Part shown: positions 17,871-27,453 of the stretch, in pieces
Layout: every line of letters starts with the position of its first letter
Numbering within the stretch: position 1 is the stretch's first letter
Sequence record: NC_010811.2
DNA: 64,000 nucleotides
Strand: one strand, 5' to 3'
Notes under the pieces: generated by a model
What the model was told of the DNA's origin: nothing
The model's input: only the letters and a program-made list of their open reading frames with translations
Database searches by the model: none
Made by a program: the position numbers and the translations under genes

Positions 17871-18163
17871 AGCTGAATCAAGTGGCCCAAGGCCAGCAAT
17901 TCCTGAAGTCGTGTGACATCCGCGCCAACTTCTTCGCAGCGATACGCGACCCCGAGGCTCCAACGCGTGAGGTCCTCGTGTTCCGCACCCATCTTACGGT
18001 GGAGGTGGTTGTTGCGCGTCTCGCTGCGTACATGCATGTGAAGCGTGTGGACTTGGATGGCGGAGATCGCATGGTCCACGTGCGACTGCCTGCGGGCGGC
18101 ACTGGCCGTATCCACGTGCAACGCACTCCGTCGTTCACCCGCATTCGCTTCTTGGAGCAATGA
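17867..18163 (+). CDS. Hypothetical protein
   Basis: ATGA overlap. Confidence 0.5.
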   Translation: MKLNQVAQGQQFLKSCDIRANFFAAIRDPEAPTREVLVFRTHLTVEVVVARLAAYMHVKRVDLDGGDRMVHVRLPAGGTGRIHVQRTPSFTRIRFLEQ

Positions 18164-18373
18164 TGCTTGACTTCCACTCTATCCAAACGTCCGATCGTGT
18201 TCGTGCGCGTCTGGGATTGCGTCCTGAATTCAGGACGGACCTTTTAGCGGAAGGTGCGTTGGATGCACCAAGTCGCCTTCCCGCGGGTTCCACCGAACGC
18301 ATCGACTGGAGTCCGACCGAGGTCTTCTCGACGACGTCCGTCACGTTCTGCTACTATCGTCGAGGTTAAGTCA

Positions 18374-18706
18374 ATGACCGAGCAGCCTGATCTGTACACC
18401 GAATTCATGGACGCGTTCCGTGCATTCACCGGGGCGTTCGACACTCCGATCGCGCGCCGCCGCCAATCCAACGAGCTGGCTGAAGACGCACGTGAGCGTC
18501 TGCGCCAGTTCGCACAGCGATTCACCACGCTGCGCAACCAACTCGGCCCGTTCACTGAAGCGGAACTCCGACTGTCCGCAGTCCGCGAAGCGCTGCGCGC
18601 TATGACAGAAGAGGAGCGCACGGAGGTCTATCGCGACTACTGCTATCACTGCGGCACGTATCAAGCGGACCACATCCGTGGTTGCCAGTGCTGGAACGAC
18701 GAGTAG
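18374..18706 (+). CDS. Hypothetical protein with C-terminal Cys cluster
   Basis: YCYHCGT...GCQCWNDE. Confidence 0.6.
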   Translation: MTEQPDLYTEFMDAFRAFTGAFDTPIARRRQSNELAEDARERLRQFAQRFTTLRNQLGPFTEAELRLSAVREALRAMTEEERTEVYRDYCYHCGTYQADHIRGCQCWNDE

Positions 18707-18709
18707 ATC

Positions 18710-20050
18710 ATGACCAAAGTAGACTGGGATTTTCTGAAGTCGCAGCTCGAAAGTATTTTCACGTGCCCTAGCACTGGGTTCGGTACGCCGATCGAGTGGA
18801 CGGGCATCGCACGCCCTGACCGATTCTCGGTGCCTCCGCATCACATGCGTTGGTGGTGCACCGTGGCGCTGAAGGCCATTGTCCGCCAAGTGTGGGACAA
18901 GCCTGATCACTGGGCTGTCGTTCGCGTAGCTGACGGCGAAGTACGTCGGGTGTTGAGCATGCCGCGCACCGTTCTGTGTACCGCACGCCATCTGTACATC
19001 CAGCAGTGGTTGGAAACGCATTACAGTCGCCCCCGTGATCTGTCGCCCATCTCGTACGAGCAGGCATGCGCCGGGGCCAGCACGTTGCTGCAGACTGCGG
19101 ATCGCAAGTCGGACATCGTGTTCACGGACACCATGCTGCTCGGTACCTTTCGCCAGCAACCCTCGGTCGAAGACAGCGAGCTGTACGATCTGCGCTTGGC
19201 GCTGACACCTGCGGTCCTGGAATACGCAGGCCATGCACTGCGCAACTGTCTGCGCGAGGATTATGAGGCCTACTTCAAAGGACGCCACGTGCTGATCCTT
19301 ACGCAGCATCAGTCGTCCACTGTGCTTGGCGTGTCTCACACGCACAAGGATCTGTCGTTGTTCGACGAGGTATCGCTGTCCATGTGCCTGTTCTGGCAGC
19401 GCCCGCGTGGCTGGAAGAATGTACTGTGTCCAATCACCATGCCTGAGCGGCTGGATGTTGTTCTCAATCATCCACTGCCTGCAGGTCCCTGCATGGGTGA
19501 TCGCATTCGATGCATTCAGTACTTCGATCTGCGTAAGTCGACCGAAGTAATGGTCGTGCAGAGCCGAAGGCGTCGTGCAGTCCGGCGTCTGGCGCCCCTC
19601 CTTCAGGGCCTTGATTCGGCCACTGACCTAATCTGCGGACAGCCTACCGTTCTGCCCGAATTGCAGTCGCAATCACGGATCCATCGTCAAGGTGCGCGTG
19701 AACCGCTGGTCGTCAACTACGTGTATCCGCACCAACAGCAGGTGGTGGCTTCTATAAGTCAGCGGTCCGGCGGCATTCCCAGCGGTGAAATGTTGGTCAC
19801 GGGGTCCCGCGTGGGTCGCACCGTTCTGTCCATGACTGAGGAACAACGACGTCGCGTCCTTGGCCTATCAGTTGACCGCTCTCCGATGGAGGCGCGTTTG
19901 CCCGCACCTAACCCGACGCCGGATCAGGATCTTGTGCAGGACATACACCAGACGGTCGCGCGCTGGAATCACTTGCGCGACTACACGATTCTAATGATGG
20001 ACGAGGCACCTCGGCCGCGTCGTCCCCGAACCAACAACTCTCAATCATGA
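18710..20050 (+). CDS. Hypothetical protein (446 aa)
   Basis: Long uninterrupted ORF. Confidence 0.65.
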   Translation: MTKVDWDFLKSQLESIFTCPSTGFGTPIEWTGIARPDRFSVPPHHMRWWCTVALKAIVRQVWDKPDHWAVVRVADGEVRRVLSMPRTVLCTARHLYIQQWLETHYSRPRDLSPISYEQACAGASTLLQTADRKSDIVFTDTMLLGTFRQQPSVEDSELYDLRLALTPAVLEYAGHALRNCLREDYEAYFKGRHVLILTQHQSSTVLGVSHTHKDLSLFDEVSLSMCLFWQRPRGWKNVLCPITMPERLDVVLNHPLPAGPCMGDRIRCIQYFDLRKSTEVMVVQSRRRRAVRRLAPLLQGLDSATDLICGQPTVLPELQSQSRIHRQGAREPLVVNYVYPHQQQVVASISQRSGGIPSGEMLVTGSRVGRTVLSMTEEQRRRVLGLSVDRSPMEARLPAPNPTPDQDLVQDIHQTVARWNHLRDYTILMMDEAPRPRRPRTNNSQS

Positions 20051-20199
20051 AATACGTGATGATCGTCGTTGTGACTCCGTTCTTCACCTGGACCAGCGCA
20101 TGGAACGCAAGCGTGAACGCGGTGGCCCTGGAATGCGCGAGTACCGGCCAAGTTCCACACCAAAACCACTGTCTACCATTGCGATAAGGGAGAACCCCT

Positions 20200-20514
20200 G
20201 TGAATGAATTCAACCATCTGCTAGTCCAAGATCGTGAAGGCGTCTGGGCTATGGTCGTCAACGCCAAGCCTTTCCGTATCGGAAAAGGCTACAGCAATTT
20301 CGCTCCTACGCTGCTCGCAGAAGCACTTAGAGTCAAGAACCTGACCACGGGTGCAGTCATCAAGGATCGCACGCCGGAGAAACCTTGGCCCGATCCCTTT
20401 TCTGTACCCGTTGCATCCCCTGTGATGGTGCCGAAATTTCCCATGTTCAGCTCGCGCATTGGATACGAGGCCGATAACGGATTTGGTTTGGGTACTGGGA
20501 AGCTCTACCGATGA
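20200..20514 (+). CDS. Hypothetical protein
   Basis: GTG start, GGAG SD. Confidence 0.5.
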   Translation: MNEFNHLLVQDREGVWAMVVNAKPFRIGKGYSNFAPTLLAEALRVKNLTTGAVIKDRTPEKPWPDPFSVPVASPVMVPKFPMFSSRIGYEADNGFGLGTGKLYR

Positions 20515-20861
20515 ACTACAAACTGTTTCTTGACGATGAGCGGCACCCAGCAGAAGACGGCTGGGTGGTCGCGCGCTCTTCCAAGGAAGCAATCGAGATC
20601 GTAACTCAGCGTGGCATGCCGCAAGAGCTGGCGCTGGACCACGATCTTGGCTTCAAGGTGTGGGGCATCTCGGGCTTCGGCCAGAGTACTGAGTACGACA
20701 CCAGTCGAACGTTTGTTCGCTGGCTGATCGATGAATTGGACGCAGGCCGGCTGAAGTTGCCTGCCGACTTCAAGTACTCGGTCCATTCGCAAAATCCCGT
20801 CGGTAGTCGGTGGCTGCTTCTCACTATGGCCGACATCGTTTTTCAATTCCAACCAGTCTAA
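20511..20861 (+). CDS. Cyclic-phosphate-processing receiver-like domain (cREC_REC)
   Basis: KLFLDDERHP..WVVARSSKEAI...LALDHDLG...VHSQNPVG. Confidence 0.8.
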   Translation: MNYKLFLDDERHPAEDGWVVARSSKEAIEIVTQRGMPQELALDHDLGFKVWGISGFGQSTEYDTSRTFVRWLIDELDAGRLKLPADFKYSVHSQNPVGSRWLLLTMADIVFQFQPV

Positions 20862-20863
20862 CC

Positions 20864-21676
20864 ATGTCCACTCTCGAATACGCCAAGCATCTTGCGTTGG
20901 AGCACGCACCCGACGCCTATAACTTCATGATGCTCCAGGCTCAGCACATGAATCCCTATCACAACAGCGACCACTGTCTGTTGGTCGGCTATCATGCGTG
21001 GGCTGCCGCTTCTTACGATCATGCGTCGTACGCGCTGCGCAAGATGGCGCTAGTCGCTGGTCTGCTGCACGACATTGGGCACAGCGGCGGGCAGCACGCA
21101 GACGTTTCGAACGTGGGCTATGCGCTGGAACGTATCAGCAAGGAACTGCGAAGTGAGCGTGGCTCCACCCTCGTCCTGTCCAACTATCAGAACGTGGTGA
21201 AGGAAGCCATCCGTTGCACGATGTATGACGCAGTTCAGAAGAAGTTTCCGGTAGAGCCGTCCCACGACCTCGGCCGTTGGTTGCGCGATGCGGACCTGTG
21301 CATGATCTACACGCCGGAAGGGCGTCGGCTGCTTGATGGGCTGGCGCTAGAGGTCACGCCTGCTGATCGCCATCCACTTCAGTGGACGGCACACATGGCC
21401 GGCGAATGGGTTGCGCAGAACGAGGTGTTCTTGCTCCGTCAGACGATGTTCTCTCCTTATGGCAAGGACCTACGCAACGACCACATCAGCGCAGCCACCC
21501 GTGCCTATCTGTACGAAAGCGCAGATCGCGTGGCTCGCGAGTGGAATCAGCCTGTGGCTTCGGTGCGTGTGGACCTGTTCCAGGCGTTCGCCACCAAGAA
21601 GGAAGCCATGAGCGCGGAATGGCGTGCGGCACTCAACGCAGCAACCTCATTCGGGGATCAGAATGATCAAGCGTGA
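20864..21676 (+). CDS. HD-domain phosphohydrolase
   Basis: NPYHNSDH...LLHDIGH...LRDADL. Confidence 0.8.
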   Translation: MSTLEYAKHLALEHAPDAYNFMMLQAQHMNPYHNSDHCLLVGYHAWAAASYDHASYALRKMALVAGLLHDIGHSGGQHADVSNVGYALERISKELRSERGSTLVLSNYQNVVKEAIRCTMYDAVQKKFPVEPSHDLGRWLRDADLCMIYTPEGRRLLDGLALEVTPADRHPLQWTAHMAGEWVAQNEVFLLRQTMFSPYGKDLRNDHISAATRAYLYESADRVAREWNQPVASVRVDLFQAFATKKEAMSAEWRAALNAATSFGDQNDQA

Positions 21677-21956
21677 CATCTACTGCGACCACTGCAAGGC
21701 GTTGATTGGCGAAGATCGCGGGCAGGGATTTGCCGACAATCCCACCGAACACTTCAAGATGGAACTGACGGCTAAGGATCAGCAGGCGCTCGCGCAGATA
21801 CCGGGAGTCGAGCTCAGTATCTCCCATCAGACAGGACGTAGTGGTCGTAGATTCGGCAGCATGTGGGCCACTGCCGACTTCTGCAGCATGAAGTGCATGC
21901 GCGCTCATCTGCAACGCGCTTTCCCCGGCTTGTTCACTATGGAGGTGGTCAAATGA
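21663..21956 (+). CDS. Small Cys-motif protein
   Basis: YCDHC...DFCSMKC. Confidence 0.6.
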   Translation: MIKRDIYCDHCKALIGEDRGQGFADNPTEHFKMELTAKDQQALAQIPGVELSISHQTGRSGRRFGSMWATADFCSMKCMRAHLQRAFPGLFTMEVVK

Positions 21957-22441
21957 CCAGTCGCACATTCGACATCAGATGCAATGGGTGCAGGAAGTAT
22001 CTGTATAGCCTCGGCTATCATGAGCAGTTCACGCAAGAGCACGCCGACGCGCAGTGTGACACTTGCCGCAGGAAGCAGGGCGTGGTCTCGGACGTCGCTC
22101 GTCGCTTGGAGGCTGCGCGAACCGAAGCCACGCAAGCCACCGTCCTCAAGAAGGAGGAAGCGTGGCGCCTGATTTTGGATTGGGCACAGGCTGTGAACAG
22201 AGCGGTGGCCTCGGACGACTACGTGGTCAGGTATCATGACCTCGTCCTGACCGTGCCGCTCACCATAACGGAGCAGCGCGAGATCTTCTTCGAGCTCCTG
22301 AACGAAGACGACAGTACGTCGATCACGTACGTCGTCTACAATCACGCTGAGTGGGAGCCGGGTACCAGTCTCGAAGCCATGCGCAGCGAATGGTTCAACG
22401 ACTTCAAGCTGTTCCAGTCCGGAGACTGGAACGCAGTCTGA
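21953..22441 (+). CDS. Hypothetical protein with N-terminal Zn motifs
   Basis: CNGC...CDTC. Confidence 0.6.
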   Translation: MTSRTFDIRCNGCRKYLYSLGYHEQFTQEHADAQCDTCRRKQGVVSDVARRLEAARTEATQATVLKKEEAWRLILDWAQAVNRAVASDDYVVRYHDLVLTVPLTITEQREIFFELLNEDDSTSITYVVYNHAEWEPGTSLEAMRSEWFNDFKLFQSGDWNAV

Positions 22442-22464
22442 GTGTCTCAGATTAAGGATTTCAC

Positions 22465-22665
22465 ATGAAACTTATATCCATCCTCATCATTCTGGGCCTT
22501 TACGCGCTCTTCGTGTTCGGCGTCTGGCATTTGTGGCGCTGGGTTCTGCCGCAGATCTGGCCGACTGGTCCGGCAGGCTTCATCCAGCCGGGGTTCTGGC
22601 TGTTCTTCGCAGGCTGGTTCCTGCTCACGCTGCTGCGTCGTGCCGCTTTTGGAGGTGGCAAATGA
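22465..22665 (+). CDS. Small membrane protein
   Basis: Two hydrophobic segments. Confidence 0.6.
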   Translation: MKLISILIILGLYALFVFGVWHLWRWVLPQIWPTGPAGFIQPGFWLFFAGWFLLTLLRRAAFGGGK

Positions 22666-23072
22666 GCCTCAAGTCGAAGGCCCGAGCGCAGAAGCAGCGC
22701 GAGAGCGTTGCTCGCCAGAAGCAACTGGACAAGGAAGCTACTGAGCGCCGCTGGCAGGAGCTGCTGAAACAGCAAGGCGGCTTCACCCGACCGGGCACCA
22801 CACCCAAGGTCACAACCAAGCCTCGTCAGCGTATCGAGACGCGCAGCTTCCCGTTCCAGCCAGCGACCTACGTACCGCACGGCGAACAGCAAGCCAAGAA
22901 ACCGGTCTACGATGAGGCCATGCAGGAGCGGAACAAGGCAGCGATCGAGGACTACAACCAACGTATTCGCCCGCGCATTGGTCAGGTGTATCCAAAGGGC
23001 AGTGACCAGCAATATCTAACGGACAGCGATCTGCAAGACATGCAGAAGGGCTTGCTTCGTCGTCGGAGTTAA
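22662..23072 (+). CDS. Hypothetical basic protein
   Basis: SD GGAGG, ATGA overlap. Confidence 0.6.
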   Translation: MSLKSKARAQKQRESVARQKQLDKEATERRWQELLKQQGGFTRPGTTPKVTTKPRQRIETRSFPFQPATYVPHGEQQAKKPVYDEAMQERNKAAIEDYNQRIRPRIGQVYPKGSDQQYLTDSDLQDMQKGLLRRRS

Positions 23073-23074
23073 GC

Positions 23075-23536
23075 ATGGCACAGCTCACCAAGACCCAATT
23101 GTCGCAGCTTGTTGCTCAGGGACGCTGTGATGAAAGCTTCACGTGGCAGGAAACGCCGACCAGCCCTCTCGTGACCTTCAACGTCACCAAGATGCGTCAG
23201 GCGGCGATCAGCAGTAAAAAGCAGCCAGTGACCATGGAGCTGCCGCCCGACTTCTTGTCGTGGCTGTCCAACAGTCGAGACATCGACATGGACCGAGTGC
23301 AGGACGCCACGCTTGACGTGGAAGACCCTGCACTGGTCGTGGACTACGGCGACAGCATGTTGCTGATCGATGGCGCGCATCGTGCGGTGCGCCGGGTCAC
23401 AGTTCTGCATCTTAACACTCTCGTGGCCTACGTCTTCGCTGAGAGTGAGGCCATCATGGCCGACTCCAAAGAGGACATCGTACTCCACGATTTGTGGGGT
23501 GATTCAAGATTCTTTGATCGACTCCGAGAGGAGTAG
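23075..23536 (+). CDS. ParB/Srx-like nuclease-fold protein
   Basis: PALVV...LLIDGAHRAVRR (DGxHR motif). Confidence 0.55.
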   Translation: MAQLTKTQLSQLVAQGRCDESFTWQETPTSPLVTFNVTKMRQAAISSKKQPVTMELPPDFLSWLSNSRDIDMDRVQDATLDVEDPALVVDYGDSMLLIDGAHRAVRRVTVLHLNTLVAYVFAESEAIMADSKEDIVLHDLWGDSRFFDRLREE

Positions 23537-23538
23537 TT

Positions 23539-23841
23539 ATGAACATCGACGAGATCTACAGCAGCCCTCCGCTATTCGTCAATGAGGAGGGCGTAAAGTG
23601 GTGGCCTAACGACTACAGCACGCAGTATGCACAGGCTCCGGACAAATTGGGCACGACCTTGCCTAACGTCCGCGTGTACTATGTTGAGATGTCGGATGGA
23701 CAGCGTCGCATGGCGATTGTCGATCACGTGCTGGACCAGGCTGTCTACGACAGTCAGTCGTTGGAGGCTATAGCCGTGTACATTGATGCACTCAAGCAGT
23801 TGCGGCGCGAAGAACAGCGTGCCCAAATCAAAAGAGGTTGA
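23539..23841 (+). CDS. Hypothetical protein
   Basis: SD GAGGAG. Confidence 0.6.
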   Translation: MNIDEIYSSPPLFVNEEGVKWWPNDYSTQYAQAPDKLGTTLPNVRVYYVEMSDGQRRMAIVDHVLDQAVYDSQSLEAIAVYIDALKQLRREEQRAQIKRG

Positions 23842-23842
23842 C

Positions 23843-24274
23843 ATGAAACGCTCCGCGGTCATACCGCTTGTGTTGTTGGGCACGCTCACTGTTGCAGCGT
23901 GTAGCGATCAAGTGGATGACGATGTAGGACAAGAAGTGAAGCAACAGTCGTACAACTCGCTGGCTGATTGTCAGAAAGACTGGGGCAGTGACGGTCGCAA
24001 TTGCACTGCGGTCGCTCCCAATTCGGTACACAGCACGCCGTTCGTGTACATGGGGCCGCGCTACTACTATGATCGCGGTTATGGTCAGCCGGTGGCCATC
24101 AACAGCGATGGCACCACGCGCATCGTCCCGGGTTCGTTCATGGCGCGCTCCGCTCCCAGCGTGGCGACCACCACGGCCAGCGTTGGACGCACAGCCAGTG
24201 TGGCGTCCATGGGCAGCGTTGCTCGTGGAGGCTTCGGCGCCACGGCTGCCGGTCACGCTTCGGCGGGAGGCTGA
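23843..24274 (+). CDS. YgiB/DUF1190-like lipoprotein
   Basis: Lipobox LTVAA-C; YNSLADCQKD; C-terminal VARGGFGATA; directly upstream of Gsp synthase. Confidence 0.75.
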   Translation: MKRSAVIPLVLLGTLTVAACSDQVDDDVGQEVKQQSYNSLADCQKDWGSDGRNCTAVAPNSVHSTPFVYMGPRYYYDRGYGQPVAINSDGTTRIVPGSFMARSAPSVATTTASVGRTASVASMGSVARGGFGATAAGHASAGG

Positions 24275-24275
24275 T

Positions 24276-25397
24276 ATGCGTCGCATCAAACAAGTGGAGC
24301 GGCCGGATCGTGCCGCGAAGTTGGAAAGCATCGGTCTGTCGTTCCATTCGTGGGATGACTACTGGAACGAGGGCGTGGCCTACGAATTCAGCAGCGCGCA
24401 GATCGACGAGTTGGAACGCGCGACCAACGAGCTGCACGACATGTGCTCCAAGGCGATCGGGCATGTGTTGTGCTACAATAGACTGGGCGAGTTGGGGATC
24501 CCTGAAGCTTTCTGGAAGCCCATCGAGCGTTCGTTCAAGAATTGCGACTGGTCTTTGTACGGTCGGTTCGACTTGGTGTACGACGGCGTGCGTCCTCCCA
24601 AGATGCTGGAGTACAACGCGGACACGCCCACGTCGCTACTCGAATCGGCGGTCGCTCAGTGGTATTGGCTGCAGGACGTGCATCCGCAACGCGATCAGTT
24701 CAACTCGATTCACGAGCGACTGGTTGCGCGTTGGAAGCAGGTGCCATACGTCAGTGCCCAGACCATCCACTTCGCGAGCCTCAAGGACAACGAAGAGGAT
24801 TGGGTATGCACGCACTACCTGATGGACACAGCGGTGCAGGCAGGCTACAAAGTGAAGCACGTGTGGGTGGAAGACCTTGGCTGGCGCGAAGGCAGCAAGT
24901 ATTTCGTGGACTTGGAAGATGCACCTATTCACGTGTTGTTCAAGCTGTATCCGTGGGAATGGATGATGCGGGAAGAGTTTAGTGCGCATCTGCTGGATAC
25001 TCGCACGCACCTGATCGAGCCCATGTGGAAGAGCGTGTTGTCCAACAAGGGGCTGCTCGCTATTCTGTGGGAGCTGTATCCGGACCACCCGAACCTGCTG
25101 CCTGCATACCTTGGCGACCCGCGCACGCTCACATCTTACGCTAAGAAGCCGCTGTTCTCGCGCGAAGGTGCGAACATCGAACTGTGGGACAACGATCGCG
25201 TGGTGGCCGCTGACCGCGGTCCGTACGGTGCGGAAGGCCACGTCTATCAGCAGTTGGCGCCGTTGCCCAACTTCGATGGGAACTATCCAGTCATCGGTTC
25301 GTGGATAGTGGGCAGCGAGGCTGCTGGCATCTGTGTGCGCGAAGACAACCAGTTGATCACCACGAACCTCAGTCATTTCGTACCTCACTATTTCTGA
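24276..25397 (+). CDS. Glutathionylspermidine synthase-like ATP-grasp ligase (YgiC/YjfC family)
   Basis: LYGRFDLVYDG, KMLEYNADTPTSLLE, FKLYPWEW, IEPMWKSVLSNKGLL, KKPLFSREGANI, PVIGSW, FVPHY. Confidence 0.95.
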   Translation: MRRIKQVERPDRAAKLESIGLSFHSWDDYWNEGVAYEFSSAQIDELERATNELHDMCSKAIGHVLCYNRLGELGIPEAFWKPIERSFKNCDWSLYGRFDLVYDGVRPPKMLEYNADTPTSLLESAVAQWYWLQDVHPQRDQFNSIHERLVARWKQVPYVSAQTIHFASLKDNEEDWVCTHYLMDTAVQAGYKVKHVWVEDLGWREGSKYFVDLEDAPIHVLFKLYPWEWMMREEFSAHLLDTRTHLIEPMWKSVLSNKGLLAILWELYPDHPNLLPAYLGDPRTLTSYAKKPLFSREGANIELWDNDRVVAADRGPYGAEGHVYQQLAPLPNFDGNYPVIGSWIVGSEAAGICVREDNQLITTNLSHFVPHYF

Positions 25398-25399
25398 TC

Positions 25400-25900
25400 A
25401 TGGCAACCTCTACCTTCACCAAAATCAAGAAGAAAGCAGTGAAAACGCCTGCTCAAAACGTGGACCAGAGCCGGCGACTTTTGCACCTCATGCATCGGTA
25501 CAAGATGTTAGAGCAGGAGCTGTGCACGATGCTGGATTCGCCTATCGAATTGGAGCTGGAGCTTGTCGTGAACAAGCAGGACGAGTGGTGCACTACTCAC
25601 GGCGCGGATATGAGTGGTGACCTCGATCCGAGTTGGAAGGTGGTGGGCTTCCGCCTCACCTACCCCGATCCAACTTACGACAAGCGAGAGCCGGGTAACT
25701 TGCCTTATGCCAAGACCTCCACTCTCATCAACGCATCCAGTCAGGATTCGTTGTTTGAGGCAGTAGAGGCCGATCTGCGTATTCTGCAGAATCTGGGCGT
25801 GCAAGCCAAAAGCGAACGCCGCGAGAAGGAGCGCCTGCTCAAGAAGTTGAAGTCCTCGTTTAAGGAAGACGAGCTCAAGACCATGGGAATCCGCGTATGA
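25400..25900 (+). CDS. Hypothetical protein
   Basis: ATG 25400 after upstream stop. Confidence 0.6.
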   Translation: MATSTFTKIKKKAVKTPAQNVDQSRRLLHLMHRYKMLEQELCTMLDSPIELELELVVNKQDEWCTTHGADMSGDLDPSWKVVGFRLTYPDPTYDKREPGNLPYAKTSTLINASSQDSLFEAVEADLRILQNLGVQAKSERREKERLLKKLKSSFKEDELKTMGIRV

Positions 25901-26433
25901 AAGTCATTCTGTTTGACACCAATCCACAGGTGGTCGCCGCCTGGAAGCTGGCCTTTGCAGGATTCTCCGAGGTGGAGATCGTTCAGAAAGATGTTCGATC
26001 GGTGGAGTGTGATGCCGTCGTTTCGCCAGCCAATTCGTTCGGCATCATGACGGGTGGCATCGATCTAGTGTACCGAGAGATGTTCGGCCGTCAGGTTGAG
26101 GACGCGGCGATCGAGCGCGCAGTTCAGCACGATGGTTGCGCGATGCCGGTGGGTAAGGCCGCGGTCATCGTCACGAATCATGAGCGCATTCCATACATGG
26201 TGATGGCGCCGACCATGCCCAATCATCGGACGCCGGTTCCCTTCACTGACAACGCATATCGTGCGTTCAGGGCGGCGCTCATTGCTGCACGGTACTATCG
26301 GCCTAAGGGACAGGCTCTCATCCAGACGCTGGCGTGTCCTGGCCTGTGTACGGCCAGCGGCGGCATGTATCCAACGGTCGCCGCCTTTCAGATGGCACGT
26401 GCCTATAAGGAGGAAGTAGATGGTCGATTCTAA
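25897..26433 (+). CDS. Macrodomain (ADP-ribose binding/hydrolase)
   Basis: DAVVSPANSFGIMTGGIDLVY, APTM, LACPGLCTASG. Confidence 0.9.
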   Translation: MKVILFDTNPQVVAAWKLAFAGFSEVEIVQKDVRSVECDAVVSPANSFGIMTGGIDLVYREMFGRQVEDAAIERAVQHDGCAMPVGKAAVIVTNHERIPYMVMAPTMPNHRTPVPFTDNAYRAFRAALIAARYYRPKGQALIQTLACPGLCTASGGMYPTVAAFQMARAYKEEVDGRF

Positions 26434-26863
26434 CCTGATCCAAACGCTGGGCAATCCGTTCCCAGCCACCGCTTGGGATCCTGGGCACCCCGACACGTAT
26501 CTGTTCTACGAGGGTCCGCTGCTTTGGCGTCACACCCTGCCTGATGGGCGGACGGGCTTCGTGCACTGGGCGGATCGTGTGAAGAAGCCGCGCACCGTGG
26601 CCGCAGACAGCGCTTCGGACATGGAGGAGTACGATCAGTACAACTTCTACATGTTCCAAGATCGTCGCGAGTTTGAAGAGCTTCTGACACAGGCGCGACT
26701 GGGTCGACCGCTAATCCAAATCTTCGCCAAGTGCCTTGCGGTCTACCAGTTCCTTACGCTGTCCAATGACACTACGGTGCGTTCGGTCAAGCTGCTGGAG
26801 TTCCCCGAGGTGGATCCGGCGACGCTGCCCGCGCCTGACGCCAACATCAAGGAGGAGTCATGA
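26420..26863 (+). CDS. Hypothetical protein
   Basis: SD AAGGAGG; YLFYEGPLL. Confidence 0.6.
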   Translation: MVDSNLIQTLGNPFPATAWDPGHPDTYLFYEGPLLWRHTLPDGRTGFVHWADRVKKPRTVAADSASDMEEYDQYNFYMFQDRREFEELLTQARLGRPLIQIFAKCLAVYQFLTLSNDTTVRSVKLLEFPEVDPATLPAPDANIKEES

Positions 26864-27426
26864 TCAAGTGGCTCAAATCGCTGTTCAATCGTGGCAAGAA
26901 GGCCCCGGCCCCGCCACCGCAGCCCGAAGTTCGCCCCTACTACAACAGCGTGGACTGGTTGAACGACCTGAGCGAAGCGTTCTCGAAGCAGCAAGCACGT
27001 GAACAGTCGCCAACCGGTCGCATTGTGTCAAGCGCGCCGAACACGCAGCGAGTTGGTCCGCGCACTGAAGAAGCTGCTCGCATCCGTCGTTCATTTGTGC
27101 CGAGTCCAGTCCCTGCCTCAAGCGAGTCGGAGACCATCGCGCAGGACGCCGCCTACTACGCAGCTACCGGGTTTCGCTGGCCGTTCACGACCATGCCAGT
27201 AAATGAAGGTGGAGGCACCTTCCATGGGTCCGGCGCCAGTAGTTACGATGTTCCGAGTGCCGCACCTGCTCCCGAGCAGTGTACGAGAGACGATGTGTCA
27301 CGGTACACGGACTACAGCAGTCCGTCGCCGAGCCCGAGTCCCTCGTGCGACAGCAGTTCCAGTAGTTCCAGTAGTTCCAGTAGTTCATACGATTCACCTC
27401 CTAGCAGCACTGATACGTCTTGGTAA
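26860..27426 (+). CDS. Hypothetical protein with Ser-rich low-complexity tail
   Basis: CDSSSSSSSSSSSSYDS tail. Confidence 0.6.
   Translation: MIKWLKSLFNRGKKAPAPPPQPEVRPYYNSVDWLNDLSEAFSKQQAREQSPTGRIVSSAPNTQRVGPRTEEAARIRRSFVPSPVPASSESETIAQDAAYYAATGFRWPFTTMPVNEGGGTFHGSGASSYDVPSAAPAPEQCTRDDVSRYTDYSSPSPSPSPSCDSSSSSSSSSSSSYDSPPSSTDTSW
27352..27387 (+). repeat. 9-nt tandem repeat AGTAGTTCC x4 (poly-Ser coding)
   Basis: AGCAGTTCC AGTAGTTCC AGTAGTTCC AGTAGTTCA. Confidence 0.8.
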
Positions 27427-27453
27427 CGACACCAACCTAACCACATAATAATC

